A stretch of 64,000 nucleotides of DNA from assembly GCA_033856735.1 (NCBI GenBank), contig JAWVEM010000025.1, positions 972-64,971 of the forward strand. The letters run 5' to 3'. The DNA is from Blastocatellia bacterium (GTDB lineage Bacteria; Acidobacteriota; Blastocatellia; Pyrinomonadales; Pyrinomonadaceae). The position numbers and the translations under genes were made by a program. The notes under the pieces were generated by a model. That model was not told where the DNA came from, searched no databases, and saw only the letters and a program-made list of their open reading frames with translations. This document shows, piece after piece, positions 62,760 through 64,000 of this stretch (the first letter of the stretch is position 1; each line of letters begins with the position of its first letter).

Positions 62760-64000
62760 TTAGTACATTCTGGTAAGTTCAATGCCGGTGTAATAGGTCT
62801 TCAAAATCTGTTCGACCGTCAGGCCCTGTTTAGCCAAACCATAGGCGCCAAACTGGCACATGCCCACGCCATGTCCCCAGCCGCGTCCAATGAATATGAA
62901 TCCGGCGACGCGATCATTTTCGTTGTAGACCCGATCGATGACGAACAGTTGTTCCTTCAAACCCAGGGCCGAGCGAATGCGTCCACCGCGAATATGTCCG
63001 ACGCCCTGTGTACCCAGGACTTCGAGGTCGATAGCGCGGCGGGACGAGCCCTGGGCGGCGATGCGCAGGTCGGTGATCGCGCCGATGCCTCTTACGGAAC
63101 GTCCCAGACGCGCCTGCACTGCGCCGAGCGATAGTTCTGCGGTCCAGTTCGTCACGGATGAAAAGCGGTCGGCGGCAGCGCCATTGGCAGCGGGCCGGAC
63201 CTCGAGGTAATCGACTTCGCCCTTCGGATTCACGTGAAAGACTACCGGCTCGCCGCCCACCAGTGCCAGGGATTTCATTTGAAAGAGATTCTCACCGAAC
63301 TCGCGGAAGAGAAAAGCTTCCCGGCTCACGACGATCGGCAGGTCCTTACCCTTGTTAGAGCGCAGCATCATCACGCCGCTCGCGGCGGGCCGTGATGTGC
63401 CTTTCTGAAGCGCGAGCAAATTCCGCGATTCCGACACGCGGCCAATCGTATGCAGGACGCGCGCGCGCGACATTGTTTCCTTCGGGCGCAGCGTGGCGTC
63501 AGCGAACAGTGAAAGGGCACCGTCGCGCAGGAGCATGGCGACATCCGCGCGATTCGCTGTGGGTACTTGCTCTCCGTCACGAAAACTGAGCAGATAGTCG
63601 ACGTCCGCACTATTCAACAGAGTGTCCGCGCGGCCACCGCCATACACCGCCGCAGCCAGAGCCGTACTGAACGCCGGCGGCCGGACAGCTTCATCAGGCA
63701 ACTTGAATGACGCGTTGCGCGCCAGCCGAGCTACGACGCTGAGCCACTCTCGCACTTCTGATTCCGTTACGCGCGACGCTAACCATGAGCTGGAAACTTT
63801 GTCCGCCGGTACAGCGAGACCGTTTATGGCCAGCAAGGCGGCGTCACGCGCCAACGCCAGATCCTTTTCATCTTTGATATCAAACAGATCGCGCGACGTC
63901 TTGATAGTGAAGGGCGCGAAGGCTGCCTTCCCTTCAACCGCGCATTCCCGGCCCCGCAGATAGGGCGACGCGTCTTTGAAAATATTCTCTGCGTCTTCAG
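62760..64000 (-). CDS. SpoIID/LytB domain protein (5'-partial; ORF stays open to the window edge)
   Basis: C-terminal GRGWGHGVGMCQFGAYGLAKQG motif. I read the frame from 63855 to 64000 and found no stop codon, so the TTG at 63854 is probably not the true start. Confidence 0.8.
   Translation of the reverse strand, partial: EDAENIFKDASPYLRGRECAVEGKAAFAPFTIKTSRDLFDIKDEKDLALARDAALLAINGLAVPADKVSSSWLASRVTESEVREWLSVVARLARNASFKLPDEAVRPPAFSTALAAAVYGGGRADTLLNSADVDYLLSFRDGEQVPTANRADVAMLLRDGALSLFADATLRPKETMSRARVLHTIGRVSESRNLLALQKGTSRPAASGVMMLRSNKGKDLPIVVSREAFLFREFGENLFQMKSLALVGGEPVVFHVNPKGEVDYLEVRPAANGAAADRFSSVTNWTAELSLGAVQARLGRSVRGIGAITDLRIAAQGSSRRAIDLEVLGTQGVGHIRGGRIRSALGLKEQLFVIDRVYNENDRVAGFIFIGRGWGHGVGMCQFGAYGLAKQGLTVEQILKTYYTGIELTRMY

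Overview
The window looks like a bacterial chromosome, possibly Acidobacteriota-like (a guess from gene content). It has two housekeeping flanks. The left flank (1-6390) carries an ftsB-like gene, a Tes/MJ0619-like radical SAM gene, rpsU, surE, pcm, a DedA gene and tRNA-Pro. The right flank (41983-64000) carries thpR, a penicillin/AHL-acylase-family gene, two YqaA/DedA paralogs, a DnaQ-like exonuclease, pyrE, truA, the uppS-cdsA-dxr-rseP-ispG cluster, holB, tmk, hfq, miaA and a partial SpoIID gene.

Between the flanks sits a ~35.6-kb integrative island (6341-41982). It is inserted into tRNA-Pro(CGG), is bounded by perfect 48-bp direct repeats, and has a tyrosine integrase at the tRNA-proximal end. 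Nearly all of its cargo looks like biological-conflict or immunity machinery:

- (a) A translationally coupled minus-strand operon of a sigma-like protein, an HTH protein, an ImmA-UvrD-Cas4-like nuclease fusion and a DUF2130 nuclease.
- (b) A divergent 6E/Bub-type ubiquitination-like operon: a Ubl ending in Gly, an E2, a JAB-E1 fusion and a Cys-rich DUF6527-like protein.
- (c) A HEAT-CHAT protease with a small TM partner.
- (d) An operon of a Ubl (apparently frameshifted onto an EACC1-like domain), an exported TPR-CHAT protease, an ECF sigma factor and an anti-sigma factor.
- (e) A 12-gene co-directional cluster: a TIR-(degenerate NTPase)-HEAT giant, a small TM/Cys protein, a Bil-like E1-Ubl-E2-JAB cassette, a DUF4407 protein, a ThsB-like TIR, a caspase, a standalone SLOG protein and a polytopic membrane protein.

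Cluster (e), the paralogous precursor-type Ubls and operon (a) are the best candidates for undescribed systems. All domain calls come from reading motifs by eye; no searches were run.
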